Assembly (NCBI RefSeq): GCF_006345805.1
Contig: NC_043008.1
Coordinates: 27,962,001-28,026,000 of the forward strand
Reading direction: 5' to 3'
Origin: Octopus sinensis
Lineage: Eukaryota
DNA: 64,000 bases
The position numbers and the translations under genes are program-made. The notes under the pieces are model-generated. The model was given only the letters and a program-made list of their open reading frames with translations, was not told the origin of the DNA and did not search any database. Shown in pieces: positions 59,335-64,000 of the stretch (its first letter is position 1; the number at the start of each line of letters is the position of its first letter).

Positions 59335-59416
59335 TGAATCCTTCGCATCATGTTTTTATTTTATTTTGATCTATATATAATATATATTATATATATATAT
59401 ATATACATATATATAT

Positions 59417-59462
<46 letters not shown>

Positions 59463-59622
59463 AGTGATACCACCATGCCGAAATAGCAGTCAAAACCCTA
59501 ACCCGGGCAATTTGACTGGTCTGGTAAATACGTGCATGTATATATATGTATGGACCTTCGTATGTGTAAGTATAACGTATGTTCTGTATGTATATATTTG
59601 GATTTATGTACCCATCTGGTAT

Positions 59623-59681
59623 ATTCCACTGACGAAGGCAGAGCTTATTTGAAGCAAAGTCAGAAATCCAGGATCTTGAAT
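59623..59681 (+). ncRNA. Hammerhead motif within a small element (59465-59885) with inverted 29-bp repeats
   Basis: ATTCca-CTGACGA-aGGC..GTCa-GAAA-TCCAGGA-TC-ttGAAT. Inverted repeat 59469-59497 / 59771-59799. Confidence 0.65.
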
Positions 59682-59881
59682 TATCCAGTAAAACCTTTTT
59701 TGCTAATTTATTTTGTCTCTGCCTCATCCCATTGCGCGATATGAACATTTAAGGTGGTTTTTAGGGTCAAGGTTTTGATTGCTATTTCGGCATGGTGGTT
59801 TCTCTAATATACCATTGTCTATAGTTTCAAATAATTATTACCTTTGTATGGTATTCATTCCCATGCTATATTATAACAATG

Positions 59882-60140
<259 letters not shown>

Positions 60141-60699
60141 TAACATTGTTACTGAACAGAATAACAGCTAAAACGACAACAACACCCGTAGCTACAACAC
60201 TACCACGACGACAACCACCACCGCCACCACCACCGCCGCCGCCAAAACAATAACAGTGATGATGATGACCGGGTTTTTACAAAACGAAGTAAGTTATAAA
60301 AAATTTATATTACAAAGAAGTAGCCAAAATACCTCAAAGAATAAATAATTCTCTATAAAGTGGTAATACAATGTGTGCTGACTGTGGAAATGCGCTCATA
60401 TATGACCTTCGGTCCCGAACACTGGCGGTGAAGATCAGCTTCTTGTTTCTTTTACAGCCCAATATTTTCCTGAGAACGTCAGTGTATTAATCCACCCATG
60501 TCTGGCTGATCAATGCAACAATGCAACTCATTGCCTGGCCCATAAATATATAGCAATGAAGCTCTCTGAAGTAGACGACCGGTGGAATTACAAATCCACA
60601 TCTTTTAATTGTCAATGAACTGTTTCAAATATCGAAACCGCAACTCTTGACAGCATATCACTAGCAATTTTGGGCCCAGTCTATCACTCTTGAGAGATT

Positions 60700-61060
60700 T
60701 TCAGCAAAAGTGGTATTAAATCAGTGGAACTCATCAATTCCATAATCAGATATGATTCTCCATTCGTCTCAGACATGACATGGAGGAATATAGGCGATAA
60801 GGTTCAAAAGAAGATGGAAAATGTTGGCAATGTTTACCTCTGCTTATGGGTAGTTTTCTCTTGGACCATTCATGGGTGATACTGGCGATGTTACTTGTCC
60901 CGTCGTCTCTGATATCGTTCACTTGATGTTCAGCAAACCAGGATGCAAGGATTTTGACAGGGATCTCCATCCAGCGGATCGTTACGCGTTTGAATGACTT
61001 AAATTTACTCCTCTTGACACACCGATATTCTTCACTTGCTTTTCGCTCCTGATAACATTA
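60700..61060 (-). mobile_element. Highly decayed Tc1/maT-type transposase remnant
   Basis: DDGTSNIASITHEWSKRKLP and frameshifted LNLIAY resemble QDGAP.H....QEW and SPDLNP.DY. Confidence 0.4.
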
Positions 61061-62029
61061 TTGTTGTGGACTCAAATACAGTTGAAGCGGAAGCAGGATC
61101 TAATCATAAAAGCTCGAGTGGTATGACAATAATCTAGTTATTGTAGATATTATTTCTTGAACTCATACTACCATTTCTCCTACACCCACTCCTCGGTATA
61201 TTTTTGACTGTAACCTCCATTTGTCGATATAGTCTAATTGTTTATTTTCAGATATTAGTCGTTGGTGTTCGTCGATTTTTGCAAGTCTTCACGTTGTCTC
61301 TTGTTCTGAGCATATTAAGTTAGAATCCCTTCTGGACTCACACCACTTCAGTTGAAAACACGGCAATACGGAATTTACAACAATTAATTCAATGGGGATT
61401 TCTAAGTCAACTAAATCTAATCCTATTTACACATTCATCGAGAAACTTAATAGCTGTTCGGCTTATTGTCAAACACATTGTAATTACATCATTTCTAATC
61501 TTGTTTATACAATAACATTTATATTATCTTCAAGGTATTCGCTGAATAAATGGTTACTTCTTCAATCAAAATTACATGTATTCAAACAGAAATATGTAAA
61601 CATATATTCAAAGAAAATGCTTTTGTACGACTGGGTACAGGAACTATAAATGTACACGTTTAAATGATATACATGTAAATCATAAGCAAAACGAACAAAT
61701 ATTATTTAAACGAACGTAATTTATATAAGAATGTGAAGAACATCAATGTAGCTATGTAAATTTAAGCGTACTGTAGAATAAAAACTTGAAATTGCATGTA
61801 GTGAAACACAATAGTTTTGAAAACGACATAAACATATTTTCCAGAAAATAAGACGGATCTTATTACCTATATTTACAAATATGCATGCATATATGCATGC
61901 ATATATTCATACAAACATGCACACAAAATCACACACCTAAATGCGTGTACATTTGTATGTGAATCTGAGAGTATATTAGGGTATGTAAATATAAATATAT
62001 ACATGTATATATATATATATTATATATAT

Positions 62030-62073
<44 letters not shown>

Positions 62074-62334
62074 TTATATATATAATATATATATATATAT
62101 AATTTAATCAATATAGGGTGGTGAAAAAAATTTTTGTAGAATTCTTTTGCCACCAGCGGGCCCAGTGGGAAAAAATTAAATAGTCATAGACCATTTTTAA
62201 GTTCAACATCAACAATCAAGGAACGGCCATAATAGGCCATTCACCACTAGAAATAACAGCCAAAGCTTCAACCCCGCAAATAAAGATCAATTCCGTAAAC
62301 AGAGAAAATTTAAAAAAAACATTTACCCTGTAAT

Positions 62335-62437
62335 TTCTTGTACGATGCACCGTTTCGTCTGCTGTTTAATGGTAAACTAACCTGATTAAATTAAATCAAG
62401 CCAATCTTCCATAGGCCCTCAGATTCTTCAGCAAGAA
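62335..62437 (-). ncRNA. Type I hammerhead ribozyme, inverted copy
   Basis: Near-exact rc of 62718-62819. Confidence 0.85.
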
Positions 62438-62717
62438 ATAGCCAAGATTGTTGATGTTGAACTTAAAAATGGTCTATGACTATTTAATTTTTTCCACTGG
62501 GCCGCTGGTGGCAAAAAGAATTCTACAAAAATTTTTTTCACCACCCTATATTGATTAATTATGAATTTTCTGGTTAATTCCGTAATGGAATCGACGGCTT
62601 ATATTTATTTGCTGCCGATAAATTTGGCGCGAGTGCGACGATTTGAAAATTTTAGGTCAGATATTAACTTGGCAGGGTCGGAAATGCCTCGTGTAATATC
62701 TGTTCCGACTTGGCTAT

Positions 62718-62819
62718 TTCTTGCTGAAGAATCTGAGGGCCTATGGAAGATTGGCTTGATTTAATTTAATCAGGTTAGTTTACCATTAACAGCAGACGAA
62801 ACGGTGCATCGTACAAGAA
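62718..62819 (+). ncRNA. Type I hammerhead ribozyme with large helix II insertion
   Basis: TTCTTG-CTGAAGA-aTCTG..CAGAc-GAAA-CGGTGCATCG-TA-CAAGAA, with a perfect 6-bp helix I and a GUA triplet. Confidence 0.88.
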
Positions 62820-62940
62820 TTACAGGGTAAATGTTTTTTTAAATTTTCTCCTGTTTACGGAATTGATCTTTATTTGCGGTTGAAGCTTTGGCTGTTATTT
62901 CTAGTGGGTGAATGGCCTATTATGGCCGTTCCTTGATTGT

Positions 62941-62986
<46 letters not shown>

Positions 62987-63011
62987 TATATATATCTATA
63001 TATATATATGT

Positions 63012-63089
<78 letters not shown>

Positions 63090-63365
63090 TATATTATAAT
63101 ATATATATTATATATATAATATAATATATGTATGTATGTATATATATATACTAATATTAGGGTTAGCAAAGGACTTTTTAAGTAGAAGAAATGGCTTACA
63201 TTTTGGCTGCTATTTCTGAGCTTCGGTATGTGGTAATGCATTCCTTTGCTGACCCCTTAATTTAGTATTACTACAATTTACCGTATAACGGTCCTGTTTT
63301 CATACCGAATTCTACTTGGTGAAATTATTGATTACTTCGTAATTAATTAGTTTTACCCTTAATTA

Positions 63366-63445
<80 letters not shown>

Positions 63446-63473
63446 ATATATATATGTTTATATATATATATAT

Positions 63474-64000
63474 AGGGTGCCATGTGCAATTGTCACCATA
63501 CTATATTTGTAATTTTGCTCATGCGCATTGTTTGTTTTTGTTTTGTCGACTACACAGTATAGTAGGGTCAGTTGGGCAACATGACGCAATTCACTCTGCC
63601 AGAAATTTTGAAACGACATGCTGAACCTATTGGCACTCACTCCGGAAGCTCGATTAAAAAAGAATTAGACTGTCTGGTTGTCATTCCGAGTACAGTGCAT
63701 GTACCGAGAGCGATAAAAGAAAACATCCAATCAACATCATGATGTTTTGGAGTGATCACTAGTGATTGGGACGGTATGCCTTCATTCGTTCTACCCACAC
63801 GGCCCCAGTCTCAACACAGAAGCCTACATCAAGTGACCGGTGTATGTACTGCTGACCTGGGTCAAAAGATTGCGTGCTGGAAGACCCTGTGTCTATCAAC
63901 ACGACTCTGCACCATGCTACACGTGCAGAGGAACCCAACTTGTTTGTCAGGTAATTTCTGCGACCACATCACTCCTAAAACCTAGCTACCTGACACCATA
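63474..64000 (+). mobile_element. Degenerate maT (DD37D-like) Tc1/mariner element, running off the window
   Basis: KHPINIMMF.VITSD.DGMPSFVLP..LNTEAYIK..LLTWVKR..AGRPCVYQHDSAPCYT..LSGNFCDHITP, across frameshifts. Starts right after (TA)n. Confidence 0.8.

Larger units (their letters stand above)
62104..62944 (+). mobile_element. Young retrozyme-like HHR element: inverted copy followed by a 489-nt permuted unit
   Basis: 62104-62446 is the rc of (62709-62944 + 62447-62558). ATTGTTGAT is repeated at 62447 and 62936. (TA)n lies on both sides. Confidence 0.92.

Overview
Non-genic, AT-rich eukaryotic (metazoan) DNA. The repeat repertoire points to a coleoid cephalopod, probably Octopus (inference). 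No intact host gene or intact transposon ORF is supportable, and most listed ORFs are microsatellite translations. The window is a mosaic of (TA)n/(TAA)n/(TATC)n microsatellites, several tRNA-derived SINE families, decayed R4/Dong LINEs ending in (TAA)n, a CR1-group LINE, mariner and maT/Tc1 remnants, Helitron ends and decayed Penelope-like elements (PLEs). The main hidden structure is about 15 minimal type I hammerhead ribozyme (HHR) motifs from roughly nine unrelated small non-coding families. They lie next to (TA)n or (TAA)n tracts and have family-specific palindromic helix III sequences. Several show an inverted copy followed by a terminally redundant ~350-490 nt unit, a retrozyme-like architecture. 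One family is joined to a tRNA-type Pol III promoter. All HHR calls come from manual motif and base-pair inspection, not from folding software or assays. Element boundaries are approximate.
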